A DNA stretch of 64,000 nt from contig OY970166.1 of the NCBI GenBank assembly GCA_963706595.1, positions 2,336,001 through 2,400,000 on the forward strand, read 5' to 3'. Numbering within the stretch: the first letter of the stretch is position 1; each line of letters opens with the position of its first letter. Below the pieces are notes generated by a model. That model saw only the letters and a program-made list of their open reading frames with translations. It made no database searches and was not told where the DNA came from. The DNA comes from an uncultured cyanobacterium. Lineage in GTDB: Bacteria > Cyanobacteriota > Cyanobacteriia > Cyanobacteriales > Nostocaceae. Both the position numbers and the translations under genes were made by a program. This document shows, piece by piece, positions 20,926-31,084 of this stretch.

Positions 20926-21557
20926 CCCAGAAAGTAATTATTTTTGATTTTGATGGCACGATTGCGGATACAGTAGATGCTCTTGTGACTATTGCCAATC
21001 GTTTAGCTTTAGAGTTTGGTTATATCCAAATTACTCCAGAGGAACTTGCCCTACTCAGAACTTTTAGCTCTAGAGAAATTATTAAATACTCAGGAATCTC
21101 TTTATTTAAAATTCCGTTTCTCCTCAAGAAAGTTAAAGGCGAATTAAAATACAAAATTAAAGAATTTAAACCGATCCTGGGTATTCATGAAGCTTTAACA
21201 GAACTGCAAAACGAAGGTTATAGATTAGGAATTATTACGTCTAATTCTCAAGAAAATGTCACAGCTTTTCTGAAAAATAACGAATTAGAATATTTATTCG
21301 ACTTTATTTATTCAGGAGTCACAATTTTTGGGAAAACAACCATAATTAATAACGTTTTAAGGCAAAAACAACTCAAAACTCAAGCAGTCATTTATGTCGG
21401 GGATGAAACCAGGGATATAGAAGCTTCAAAAAAAGCTAATATTAAAGTAATTGCAGTCACTTGGGGCTTTAATTCTTCCGAAGCTTTAGCTAAACAAAAG
21501 CCAGATTTTCTAATTAACCATCCCAGCGAACTCCTAGAAGTTGTCAAAAAGTGCTGA
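20922..21557 (+). CDS. HAD family hydrolase (phosphoglycolate phosphatase-like)
   Basis: IFDFDGTIAD, ITSN, YVGDETRDI; ATGA overlap with queG. Confidence 0.9.
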   Translation: MTQKVIIFDFDGTIADTVDALVTIANRLALEFGYIQITPEELALLRTFSSREIIKYSGISLFKIPFLLKKVKGELKYKIKEFKPILGIHEALTELQNEGYRLGIITSNSQENVTAFLKNNELEYLFDFIYSGVTIFGKTTIINNVLRQKQLKTQAVIYVGDETRDIEASKKANIKVIAVTWGFNSSEALAKQKPDFLINHPSELLEVVKKC

Positions 21558-21602
21558 GAGGTTGTTTGTTAACTGCCAAACTTGACCGAATTAAACTCTT
21601 TT

Positions 21603-21633
21603 AAAGCCTCTCATCCTATGGGAAAGAGGCTTT
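21603..21633. terminator. Hairpin between convergent genes
   Basis: AAAGCCTCT...AGAGGCTTT inverted repeat. Confidence 0.55.
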
Positions 21634-21672
21634 GAAAATACCATATTTATTTCGGGTAAATTTTGGAAAAAA

Positions 21673-22047
21673 TTACTGTTTTGATTGACCTTTTTTAAAA
21701 GCTTTTTGAATTAAATCATCGCTAACATTAGTTACAGCGTCAGTTCTAGAACCCCCAAGTTCCTTGGCCATTTCTACATAGTCTTTGGGGTTCCCTGATG
21801 ATTGCGCTTCAGTTTTTGTTTCTTTGACTTCAGAAACTTTTTGTTGCGGTGCTGTGGCGGCTGAAGCGGCTGCTGCACCTTCATTTGTCCGGTCGATTTC
21901 ACTCACACTAAATTCCTGTGCAGCTGCATAATCGGATTCAAAATCAACCTTTGCTGCTTTTTCTTCACCACTAGCCAGATTATCAGCAGCTAATTGTGCA
22001 TCATGGGTAATAGCTTGATTTGCATCTGGTTTCACTTGATCAGCCAT
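21673..22047 (-). CDS. Hypothetical acidic Ala-rich protein
   Basis: 124-aa hydrophilic ORF with ATG start, divergent from the HCP gene. Confidence 0.75.
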   Translation of the reverse strand: MADQVKPDANQAITHDAQLAADNLASGEEKAAKVDFESDYAAAQEFSVSEIDRTNEGAAAASAATAPQQKVSEVKETKTEAQSSGNPKDYVEMAKELGGSRTDAVTNVSDDLIQKAFKKGQSKQ

Positions 22048-22249
22048 AAATAACGCCTTGGGTAATTTTGCAATTGCTGGAGCGATCTTACCAAAGCTAT
22101 TCGCAATTTTCTTTCTGTCTAGGGAGAGATTTATACATCCTCTAAAGATAGATCAAAGCTATTTAATATAACTCTTTCTTTAGGCAGTAGATTCTTACTA
22201 ATAAAGCTTGGTAATCATGAATTGAATTGATTAATCATGGAGACCCATT

Positions 22250-22780
22250 GTGACTAAAACTTCAAATAAAACAGTTTCCCAAGCACTAAGTAATGAAACT
22301 ATAAAAGTAGTTGAAGGGTTTAATGCCTTAGATACTGATGCTAAATTAGCATGGTTTTATTTTGTTTATAAAAAAATGGGTAAATCCATTACTCCTGCGG
22401 CTCCAGATGCGGCTGAACCAGAACTTGCACCCCTGCTTTTAGGAGACTATTTAAAGTTGTCACCAGAGCAACAATTAACAATTATGCGGGATATTGTGGA
22501 GGGTAAAGACACAGATTATTCCCGTGCTTATGGCGCGATTAAAGAAAATAATCAACTTTTAGTTTGGTATGCTTGGGCTGCGGCTATGGGAGATCAAGTA
22601 GTAGGAATGCCAGATAATTACCAGCGTACTGATGCAATCAAAAATTTGCTTTCCCAAACTGAAAAACTAGATTTTGAAGGACAAATATCTGTGTTCCGCA
22701 CCATTGCGGGTCAAATGGGCTACAGCGACGTTCAGCCAATTGAGACACAAGCACAAACCGGCAAAACCCCTAGTTTGTAA
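22250..22780 (+). CDS. Helical carotenoid protein (OCP N-terminal domain homologue)
   Basis: KLAWFYFVYKKMGKSITPAAP, SRAYG, LLVWYAWA..MG, DFEGQISVFR; GGAG RBS before GTG. Confidence 0.9.
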   Translation: MTKTSNKTVSQALSNETIKVVEGFNALDTDAKLAWFYFVYKKMGKSITPAAPDAAEPELAPLLLGDYLKLSPEQQLTIMRDIVEGKDTDYSRAYGAIKENNQLLVWYAWAAAMGDQVVGMPDNYQRTDAIKNLLSQTEKLDFEGQISVFRTIAGQMGYSDVQPIETQAQTGKTPSL

Positions 22781-22789
22781 CCGTAACTT

Positions 22790-22841
22790 GTAGAGACGCG
22801 ATTCATCGCGTCTGATTCATCGCGTCTGATTCATCACGTCT
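22790..22841. repeat. GTAG-type REP-like hairpin with triplicated 14-bp arm
   Basis: GTAGAGACGC followed by GATTCATC(G/A)CGTCT x3. Confidence 0.8.
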
Positions 22842-22917
22842 GTGCTGGGGAATCGGGAATAATAAAATATGGAACCTCACCCCCAACCCCTCTCCTTATT
22901 AAGGAGAGGGGAGATTT

Positions 22918-23685
22918 TTATGAGGACATTGTGACTTGAGTTAAATCTTTTGGTGTTAAGTTGCTGTGAACAACTGCGCCATCACGAAACCAAACAATAC
23001 GTTGGGTTTGACGCGCCACTTCTGATTCATGAGTCACCATGACAACGGTGATTCCACTGTCATTTAATTCGGTGAAAATATCCAAGACTTCCTGGGTTGT
23101 GTGGGAATCAAGTGCGCCTGTGGGTTCATCGGCGAGGAGGACAACGGGACGGTTAACTATAGCACGAGCGATCGCAACCCGTTGCTGCTGTCCACCAGAT
23201 AATTGCGTGGGTTTATTATTGAGGCGCTTTTCTAAACCGACTTTTGTCAATGCTTCAGTGGCGCGATCGCGTCTTTCGCTGGGGTTGACGCTGGCATAAA
23301 CCATTGGTAACATGACGTTTTCTAAGGCTGTCAGTTGGGGTAATAAGTGGAATTGTTGGAAGACAAACCCCAGTTTTTTATTGCGGATTTTTGCTAAATC
23401 TGCATCGTTCATTTGGGCGACATCAAGGTTATCTAAATAATAATGTCCGGTGGTGGGGCGATCTAAACAGCCGATAATATTCATGGCTGTGGATTTACCA
23501 GAACCAGAAGGCCCCATAATTGAACAATATTCGCCTTCATGGATCGTCAAATTCACATCATTGAGGGCTTTGACTTCGGTTTCACCACTTCCATAGATTT
23601 TAAAGATATTTTCTAGGCGAATAATTGCCGATTGCGGTGCAGGGTTAGGAACGAGAGAATCGGTAATTGTGATAGTTTTTGCCAT
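22918..23685 (-). CDS. ABC transporter ATP-binding protein (LolD/MacB-like)
   Basis: [35 protein letters not shown]. Confidence 0.93.
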   Translation of the reverse strand: MAKTITITDSLVPNPAPQSAIIRLENIFKIYGSGETEVKALNDVNLTIHEGEYCSIMGPSGSGKSTAMNIIGCLDRPTTGHYYLDNLDVAQMNDADLAKIRNKKLGFVFQQFHLLPQLTALENVMLPMVYASVNPSERRDRATEALTKVGLEKRLNNKPTQLSGGQQQRVAIARAIVNRPVVLLADEPTGALDSHTTQEVLDIFTELNDSGITVVMVTHESEVARQTQRIVWFRDGAVVHSNLTPKDLTQVTMSS

Positions 23686-23707
23686 AAGAATTTAGTTATT
23701 GGTCTAC

Positions 23708-25129
23708 TTACTTCTTATTTCTAGGATAGTATTTCCATTTCGTGATCAGCCAACCAACACCGATAAATAATAATGTAGCAATAAAACTAAAAAGCAGGGA
23801 TGCGTAAATGGGATGAGGTGGATTTTTGGGAAATATCGCAGCGAGGGGATTATTGCTTTCGCTGATGTATTGGATGATAATGCCAGAAATAATTGCACCG
23901 CCACCCAAGCCAATACCTAATATTTGGATGGTGTTTTCTAGGGAGCGATCACGTTCAGCTTGTTCTATTTCTACTATAGCCCGAATTGAATCTAGGGCTT
24001 TACCCAATAGTTCTAAACCGTGGCGAAAATAACCTAAATCTGCGGTTATTTGTTGTTGAAAATAAAGGCTAGTTTTTTGACTAAAAAATTCTAAGAAGCT
24101 GACATCACCACCAATCGTATCACGAATACGCTGTAATGTTTCATTGTAATTGTAGGTGTGAATAGCAATTGTGTTTTGTTGTTCTTCTAAATCTCGCAGT
24201 AGGCGCGTGTATTCTAATGCAATTTGAGGTAGAACTTTTAATTGGTTTTGTAAATCAGTTAAATCTCCTGTATTACTAGATTTTTTATCGTTTATTTTTG
24301 GTAAGTTTTCAATAGTTGTTTCTATTTGACGATAGGCTATATCTAGTTTTTGATAAGTTTTCTTACTGTCTTTATAAGCTTTTACAGATTTGGTGCGGAA
24401 GAAAAATAAATCTAGTAAATCTTTATAGCATTCATTAAACTTAATATCTGCTTGTTTATCGGCAAATAGCCAAATTAAAACGTGTTGATAATTATCTAAT
24501 TGACTAAATAAGCCATATTCAAAAATTGGACTACCAAATAATTCACCTTGGCGATTAAATGGTGGTAATGGATAATTATCAGGAAAGAGAGATTTTAAAC
24601 ATTCGTTGGCTATTTCTTGGCTGCTTTTTTTATCCTTTGCACCTGTTAACCAACCAGTAACTAGCAAAGTTTGACCAAGAAATAAAGGTTTTTCTGGCAG
24701 AATTAAACAATTACTTGGATTTAACTGGCGTAAAAAAGCAATCTCTAGACTATCTGTATTGTAATTATTTTCTGTTTCTGGACGGCGTAAATTTAGCCAC
24801 AAACCGTAGCTATCATGAAACCGTAGAGGATAAGCAAAGCCGTTAACTAGCAAGTCTTGGTTGAAAGTAACTTTACCCTCAAAATTGACAGCATAGTTAT
24901 CATCTATAATTTCTGTGTCTTTGAGCAAATCAACACGAGGATTATTTGGTTCTTTATCAACATCAAGGCGCTGACTGAGATGCAAGTCTTGGTGTAAGGT
25001 TGTGCGGACTATCTCATTACCAGTATTCCAAATCAGATTTTTATCTATTAATGAATCATTTACGTCAATATTGGAGATTTTGTATAGTTGAAAAGCAAAT
25101 AAATGGATATTTGGCGCATAAATTTTCAT
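23708..25129 (-). CDS. Hypothetical protein with long coiled coil and two C-terminal TM helices (CorA-like topology)
   Basis: 473 aa; hydrophobic ILGIGLGGGAIISGIII and IYASLLFSFIATLLFIGVGWLI after a helical stalk; ATGA overlap with the upstream gene. Confidence 0.8.
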   Translation of the reverse strand: MKIYAPNIHLFAFQLYKISNIDVNDSLIDKNLIWNTGNEIVRTTLHQDLHLSQRLDVDKEPNNPRVDLLKDTEIIDDNYAVNFEGKVTFNQDLLVNGFAYPLRFHDSYGLWLNLRRPETENNYNTDSLEIAFLRQLNPSNCLILPEKPLFLGQTLLVTGWLTGAKDKKSSQEIANECLKSLFPDNYPLPPFNRQGELFGSPIFEYGLFSQLDNYQHVLIWLFADKQADIKFNECYKDLLDLFFFRTKSVKAYKDSKKTYQKLDIAYRQIETTIENLPKINDKKSSNTGDLTDLQNQLKVLPQIALEYTRLLRDLEEQQNTIAIHTYNYNETLQRIRDTIGGDVSFLEFFSQKTSLYFQQQITADLGYFRHGLELLGKALDSIRAIVEIEQAERDRSLENTIQILGIGLGGGAIISGIIIQYISESNNPLAAIFPKNPPHPIYASLLFSFIATLLFIGVGWLITKWKYYPRNKK

Positions 25130-25470
25130 GGTTTGTTTGGCTGGTTTGTAGCTGTTTTATTATTGTGCAATTTTGCGAGGTCTTCTTCCAAAACTCGGTA
25201 GCGATTTTCTTGGATATTTTCTTGGTTTTCTGGTTGAGTTTTACGCACTCTCGTAATTTCTCTTTCTTCAATTAGTACCGCATCTCTCACATCTTCATAT
25301 TCGATGTACCACAGGCGAAGTACTTCTGCTACTAAATCAGGTGTTTGGGTTTCTAATTCGGCTAGGTTTTTTTGTAGTTCGGGGATGGCTGTGATAGCCT
25401 CTGGGGAGAAAACATAATCTTGCTCTCTCACAACTTGGGTAAATGCTTGGATGAGTTTATCTGGTTCCAT
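25126..25470 (-). CDS. Small acidic helical hypothetical protein
   Basis: 114-aa ORF translationally coupled to the 473-aa gene, directly downstream of the CHAT gene. Confidence 0.75.
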   Translation of the reverse strand: MEPDKLIQAFTQVVREQDYVFSPEAITAIPELQKNLAELETQTPDLVAEVLRLWYIEYEDVRDAVLIEEREITRVRKTQPENQENIQENRYRVLEEDLAKLHNNKTATNQPNKP

Positions 25471-25533
25471 CGGTTTAGTTTTGGGGTTGGTTAAATATTA
25501 TCATATCCACCTTATAGGTTATTGCCATAAATA

Positions 25534-25566
25534 AGATCCCCGACTTCTTGAAGAAGTCGGGGATCT
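25534..25566. repeat. Palindromic dispersed repeat AGATCCCCGACTTC-loop-GAAGTCGGGGATCT
   Basis: Perfect hairpin; related copies at ~34633-34665 and ~51717-51749. Confidence 0.8.
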
Positions 25567-25576
25567 GAATCTCTCA

Positions 25577-28500
25577 TCAACAGGGAGATATGGCACAGAA
25601 AGCCGCCCAGTATTCTGGTCTTTTAAATGGTTTTTGTTCTGGTTTATATTGTTTCAACAAATCTATGATTTGGTGTTTATGTGAGGACTCTATTTTATCT
25701 ATACCTTGAATCCAGGTAATTATTTGTGCTTGAGTGGCTTGACGTAGCCATTGCTGGGTTTTATTCAGTGCTAAGGATACATTATGTAAATCTTGAGACA
25801 AAGTTTCATAAAATCTAATCATTAATAAAGCTGTATGAAAGTCACTCACAGCCCATAAACTAGTAATAATATTAGCTGCACCAGCTTTGATAAAACCACT
25901 TGCCAAGCCTATATATTCATCACTGTTATTTGTAAAATCAATAAAGCCAGTTTCACAAGCAGAAAGAGTCACCAGACGGCATTTAGGTAAGTTTAATAGG
26001 AAGATATCTTCTAGAGTTAGGCATTTATCTAAATCAATTGCTGTGTTTTCATCAATTTGGATATTTCGTGATGAGTAGGTATTAGCAGGAATATCATAAA
26101 TCACTGCATCTGCTAACTGTAAGCCTGATTGTAAGGGAAACTGGAAATTAAAATATCCGTGACAAGAAAAATGTATCCATTGAGATTTGCAGAGATTTTC
26201 ATTGGTTGAAGGTTCTGCTAAAACAGCTTTGCTGGCTTGACTGTGTTTGAGAATTTGGTGGGGTTGAAAGTTTGTAGCTATTGTCTCAACTTCGATATCA
26301 GTGAAGTCTAAATCATTAGTGGGGTTTTGAATAGCAAATAAATTGCTGAGTTGATTTAACTGTGAACTTGCTAATTGTTGAGCTTTAAGTTGAGCGAAAC
26401 GTAACAGTTGACAACTAGGTGCATAACTCACTCCATCGGGAAATCTATCAATTAGATATTCTGGTGTTGAGGTGTTGCTGGTAGATAGAGGGATAGCGTG
26501 GAGAGGAAACAGGTGTAAATAACGATGCGGGATTAAAACTAGCTTTTGGCAACTACTGGGGACGAGGGAAATGATTTTATCAAGGTGGAATCTTTGTGTT
26601 AGCTGGGTAAGTTTATCACTTAGTTTAAACTGCCAACGTTTTTTATCTTCGCTGTACAGTTTCAGGTAATCAACAGTCCAATTTACTAAATTTTCTAAAT
26701 CTTGTTGATCAGAATGCCAAATAACTGGTTTCTCGCAGTCATGGGTGATGATGAAAGCACGAAAACAATCATTAAAGATGTACCACTTGATGATGGCAGT
26801 GTTTTTATCTAAGAGGTTTTGAATTTCCGGAAATCTGATACTACTACTAATTAATGGTAAATTTGCTTGACTTGTTGATGTAGCTTTGGTTAACAGTTCT
26901 ACTAAATTGCGGGTTTTGCTGCGTTCAATATATTCTATTGCTTCAGTGTCTCTTCCCAAGGCTAGGCAAACTTCCACCATTCGTCTAAAAAGTTTATTCC
27001 ATTCCTCTGCTTGTTTGCGTTTACTTTCCTCCCCAGAAATGATTTCACCCCGTAAATCTTCAACTGTGATAATAGCATCATTAAAGGTAGAGTAAGCTAA
27101 ATCAAACTGTTGTGATTCTTGATAAGCAATACCTAAATTCAATAAAGTTTCAGCGTTCTTTTGAGGAAAATTGCTGCGAGTTCTGACTTCTAAAGCAGCA
27201 GTATAAGCAGCGATGGCATATTCTAAATTATCGGCTTGATCTCCTCTGATTCTTTTAAGGTAGGCAGTTGCCAGATTATTTTGCGTGGTTGCCCAATCTA
27301 CAGGAAAATCGTTGCGAGTTCTGACTTTTAAAGCAGCAGTATAAGCAGCGATGGCATATTCTAGATTATCGGCTTGATCTCCTCTGATTCTTTTAAGGTA
27401 GGCATTCCCAAGATTATTTTGCGTGGCTGCCCAATCTACGGGAAAATCGTTGCGATTTATGACTTCTAAAACAGCAGTATAAGCAGCGATGGCATATTCT
27501 AGATTGTCGGCTTGATCTCCTCTGATTCTGTTAGAGTAGGCAGCACCTAGATTATTTTGCACAGATGCCCAAGTAACAGGAACATTAGTGGGTGTATAAA
27601 CTTCTAAAGCCGATGAAAAAGCAGCGATCGCCTTTTCCAAATTCTCAGCTTTATCCCCCCTAATTCTGTCAGAGTAGGCAGTACCTAGATTATTTTGCGT
27701 CATTGCCCAATCTACAGGAAAATCCGTTTGGTTTCTTACTTCTAAAGCCGCCGAAAAAGCAGTGATCGCCTTTTCCAAATTCTCAGCTTTATCCCCCCTA
27801 ATTCTGTCAGAGTAGGCAGTACCTAGATTATTTTGTGTCATTGCCCAATCTACAGGAAAATCCGTTTGGTTTCTTACTTCTAAAGCCGCCGAAAAAGCAG
27901 TGATCGCCTTTTCCAAATTCTCAGCTTTATCCCCTCTAATTCTGTCAGAGTAGGCAGTACCTAGATTATTTTGCACAGATGCCCAAATTTCTGGGGAAAT
28001 GTTACGGGTAAAAAACGTTAGAGCTATTTCATTACCAGTAATAGCAATTTCGATGTTATCGGCTTTGTTACCTAAAGGAAATTCGTTAATCAGATTACTA
28101 AATTCACCTATCACAAAAGCGAAGAATTGTGCTTTTTCTAGTTCTACTTCTGCTTCTGCTAGTATTTTTGTTGCCCAAAGACGCAATAATTCTGCAAAAA
28201 CATGGTCGAGTTTATCAGTATTGGCTGCCAGCAAGGGGTAAATTACTTGAGGATCACCCTCGCTTTCTGCTGTTGCTAACAGCACCTCTTGTAAAAATTG
28301 CTCATAAACCTTGATATTTTCTGGGGTGACAGTGGAAGTTTCACCACCTGCTGGAGATGTTGTTGGTAAGTTCAGCGCAGCGCTAAGTTGTGTTTCTAAG
28401 TTTCTCAGCCAATTTGCAGTATTTTCCTGTCCCTGCTGTGAGTAATGCTGTGCTGCTACTGCCAACATCTGCAAAAAGCCAGCATCCAGTAATTCTGTAT

Positions 28501-28591
28501 TAGCGGCTAATATTTCTGCTTCTTCTCCATCCGGGCATTTGAGCAGACTTTCAATTAGCTGAGAATAAGCCTGTTGGCGCTGTTCGTCCAT
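25577..28591 (-). CDS. TPR-repeat CHAT domain (caspase-like) protease
   Basis: Six 46-aa TPR-like repeats; CHAT motifs LVLIPH..LHLFPLHA, IHFSCHG (His), VTLSACETG (Cys), SLWAVSD, YWAAF. Confidence 0.93.
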   Translation of the reverse strand: MDEQRQQAYSQLIESLLKCPDGEEAEILAANTELLDAGFLQMLAVAAQHYSQQGQENTANWLRNLETQLSAALNLPTTSPAGGETSTVTPENIKVYEQFLQEVLLATAESEGDPQVIYPLLAANTDKLDHVFAELLRLWATKILAEAEVELEKAQFFAFVIGEFSNLINEFPLGNKADNIEIAITGNEIALTFFTRNISPEIWASVQNNLGTAYSDRIRGDKAENLEKAITAFSAALEVRNQTDFPVDWAMTQNNLGTAYSDRIRGDKAENLEKAITAFSAALEVRNQTDFPVDWAMTQNNLGTAYSDRIRGDKAENLEKAIAAFSSALEVYTPTNVPVTWASVQNNLGAAYSNRIRGDQADNLEYAIAAYTAVLEVINRNDFPVDWAATQNNLGNAYLKRIRGDQADNLEYAIAAYTAALKVRTRNDFPVDWATTQNNLATAYLKRIRGDQADNLEYAIAAYTAALEVRTRSNFPQKNAETLLNLGIAYQESQQFDLAYSTFNDAIITVEDLRGEIISGEESKRKQAEEWNKLFRRMVEVCLALGRDTEAIEYIERSKTRNLVELLTKATSTSQANLPLISSSIRFPEIQNLLDKNTAIIKWYIFNDCFRAFIITHDCEKPVIWHSDQQDLENLVNWTVDYLKLYSEDKKRWQFKLSDKLTQLTQRFHLDKIISLVPSSCQKLVLIPHRYLHLFPLHAIPLSTSNTSTPEYLIDRFPDGVSYAPSCQLLRFAQLKAQQLASSQLNQLSNLFAIQNPTNDLDFTDIEVETIATNFQPHQILKHSQASKAVLAEPSTNENLCKSQWIHFSCHGYFNFQFPLQSGLQLADAVIYDIPANTYSSRNIQIDENTAIDLDKCLTLEDIFLLNLPKCRLVTLSACETGFIDFTNNSDEYIGLASGFIKAGAANIITSLWAVSDFHTALLMIRFYETLSQDLHNVSLALNKTQQWLRQATQAQIITWIQGIDKIESSHKHQIIDLLKQYKPEQKPFKRPEYWAAFCAISPC
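27158..27985 (-). repeat. Six tandem 138-bp coding repeats
   Basis: GTACCTAGATTATTTT recurs at 27681, 27819 and 27957 (138-bp period); two subtypes of three copies each. Confidence 0.9.
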
Positions 28592-29095
28592 GAGCAGGTG
28601 TTAGATAGATATATCATTGATCAAGCTTTAACAGTATTATCCTCTATTTCTAAAAAATCAGGTGATAAATTTAGCTCACAGGCAAGCTGTGATCCGAATT
28701 TAAATCTTGTCGTGAGTGTATGCGATTTCTAATACCAATTCACAAAATGTTGGCAACATCTGTAGCGACTGTCCTATTATTTTCGGTAATTGGTATACTC
28801 CCTTCCCACTGTTAAATGACTTAAATTTTTTAATAACGAACCACAGAGGCACAGAAAAAAACCAGTAACTGTATGAGACCCCAGTAGTCGCCCTAGAAAA
28901 TCAGGAGAGAGGGTAGGACTGACGCTGCTCAAGTGGGTGGGTGGCATATCTGCGTTTTGTGACGGCGGTGCTGATGTCAAAACCCCTGTAGAGAGGTGAC
29001 ATGGAACGTCTCTACATTTAAATTCATACTTGGTTTCACCAACGCCAAAATAACGCCAGGCGATCGCCTAAAATCTCTAACAGATGAGTAGGTAA

Positions 29096-29452
<357 letters not shown>

Positions 29453-29535
29453 TTCAACCTGAATGAATCGTGTCTTAAGATGCGATTCATTACAAAAACT
29501 AATCACTTTTATAAGTAAAAATTTATTAAAATCCC

Positions 29536-29564
29536 TTTACAAAACAAAACTTATCCTCTAAGGT
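29536..29564 (+). promoter_or_regulatory. Putative psbA promoter
   Basis: -35 TTTACA (29536-29541), 17-bp spacer, -10 TAAGGT (29559-29564). Confidence 0.6.
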
Positions 29565-29625
29565 AGTATTCAAGTAGGCAAGTTTACCTACCCAATTCGT
29601 AAACACGAAAAGCAATTATAAAAAC

Positions 29626-30708
29626 ATGACCACAACCTTACAACAGCGTCAAAGCGCTAACGTATGGGATCGCTTCTGCGAGTGGATCACCAGCACCGAC
29701 AACCGCATTTATATCGGTTGGTTCGGCGTTCTCATGATCCCAACCCTACTAGCTGCTACCACCTGCTTCATCATCGCCTTCGTAGCTGCACCTCCAGTAG
29801 ACATCGACGGTATCCGTGAACCAGTAGCTGGTTCCTTGATTTACGGAAACAACATCATCTCCGGTGCAGTTGTTCCTTCTTCTAACGCTATCGGCTTGCA
29901 CTTCTACCCAATCTGGGAAGCAGCTTCCTTAGATGAGTGGTTGTACAACGGCGGTCCTTACCAATTGGTAATTTTCCACTTCTTGATCGGTTGCGCTTGC
30001 TACCTTGGTCGTCAGTGGGAATTATCTTACCGCTTGGGTATGCGTCCTTGGATTTGTGTAGCTTACTCTGCGCCTTTGGCTTCTGCTACAGCAGTATTCT
30101 TGATCTACCCAATTGGTCAAGGTTCCTTCTCTGACGGTATGCCTTTGGGTATCTCCGGAACCTTCAACTTCATGATTGTGTTCCAAGCTGAACACAACAT
30201 CTTGATGCACCCCTTCCACATGTTAGGTGTGGCTGGTGTCTTCGGTGGTTCATTATTCTCCGCAATGCACGGTTCCTTGGTGACATCATCCTTGGTACGT
30301 GAAACAACCGAAACCGAATCCCAAAACTACGGTTACAAGTTCGGACAAGAAGAAGAAACCTACAACATCGTTGCAGCCCACGGGTACTTCGGTCGGTTAA
30401 TCTTCCAATACGCTTCCTTCAACAACAGCCGTTCACTTCACTTCTTCCTAGCTGCTTGGCCTGTAATCGGTATCTGGTTTACCGCTTTGGGTATCAGCAC
30501 AATGGCGTTCAACTTGAACGGTTTCAACTTCAACCAATCCGTAATTGATTCTCAAGGTCGCGTTATCGCTACCTGGGCTGACGTAATCAACCGCGCTAAC
30601 TTGGGTATGGAAGTAATGCACGAGCGTAACGCTCACAACTTCCCCCTAGACTTGGCTGCTGCTGATGTTGCTCCAGTTGCTTTAACAGCACCTGCAATCA
30701 ACGGTTAA
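29626..30708 (+). CDS. psbA: Photosystem II reaction centre protein D1 (Gln130 form)
   Basis: 360 aa; [26 protein letters not shown]; strongly biased codon use. Confidence 0.99.
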   Translation: MTTTLQQRQSANVWDRFCEWITSTDNRIYIGWFGVLMIPTLLAATTCFIIAFVAAPPVDIDGIREPVAGSLIYGNNIISGAVVPSSNAIGLHFYPIWEAASLDEWLYNGGPYQLVIFHFLIGCACYLGRQWELSYRLGMRPWICVAYSAPLASATAVFLIYPIGQGSFSDGMPLGISGTFNFMIVFQAEHNILMHPFHMLGVAGVFGGSLFSAMHGSLVTSSLVRETTETESQNYGYKFGQEEETYNIVAAHGYFGRLIFQYASFNNSRSLHFFLAAWPVIGIWFTALGISTMAFNLNGFNFNQSVIDSQGRVIATWADVINRANLGMEVMHERNAHNFPLDLAAADVAPVALTAPAING

Positions 30709-30727
30709 TCATCAAGTTTAGCTGAAT

Positions 30728-30762
30728 AAAAAACGCCTTCCAGAAATGGGGGGCGTTTTTTA
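30728..30762 (+). terminator. Intrinsic terminator of psbA
   Basis: AAAAAACGCC...GGCGTTTTTT hairpin with T tract. Confidence 0.8.
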
Positions 30763-31084
30763 TTGTATATAATATATATTTGAATTTCTTTAATTAACCA
30801 CAGAGAACACAGAGGACGCAGAGTTAAGAGAAGTATTGAGAGTTTCTGTGGTGCTTTGGTTTTTTTATCCGTTTTTTCTTTATATCTCACGCAAAGGCGC
30901 AAAGGCGCAAAGGAAGAAAGAAATACAAATATCAGCTTGTGGTCTAAATAGATGAAAACTGCTGTAATTCAGCAACGGCGAGTAAAGAGAATCAATGCTC
31001 CAGATTATAGGGCTATCTCAGCCAGATGAAAGTACGCGAAAAATGTCATTATAGTTAAGGTGATGACATACGGGAGATAAGACT

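Noticed and set aside
28841..28970. Possible ncRNA, or ORF 28777-28980, between the CHAT and HIT genes
   Set aside because: No recognisable RNA family or protein motif; region is flanked by repeat fragments.
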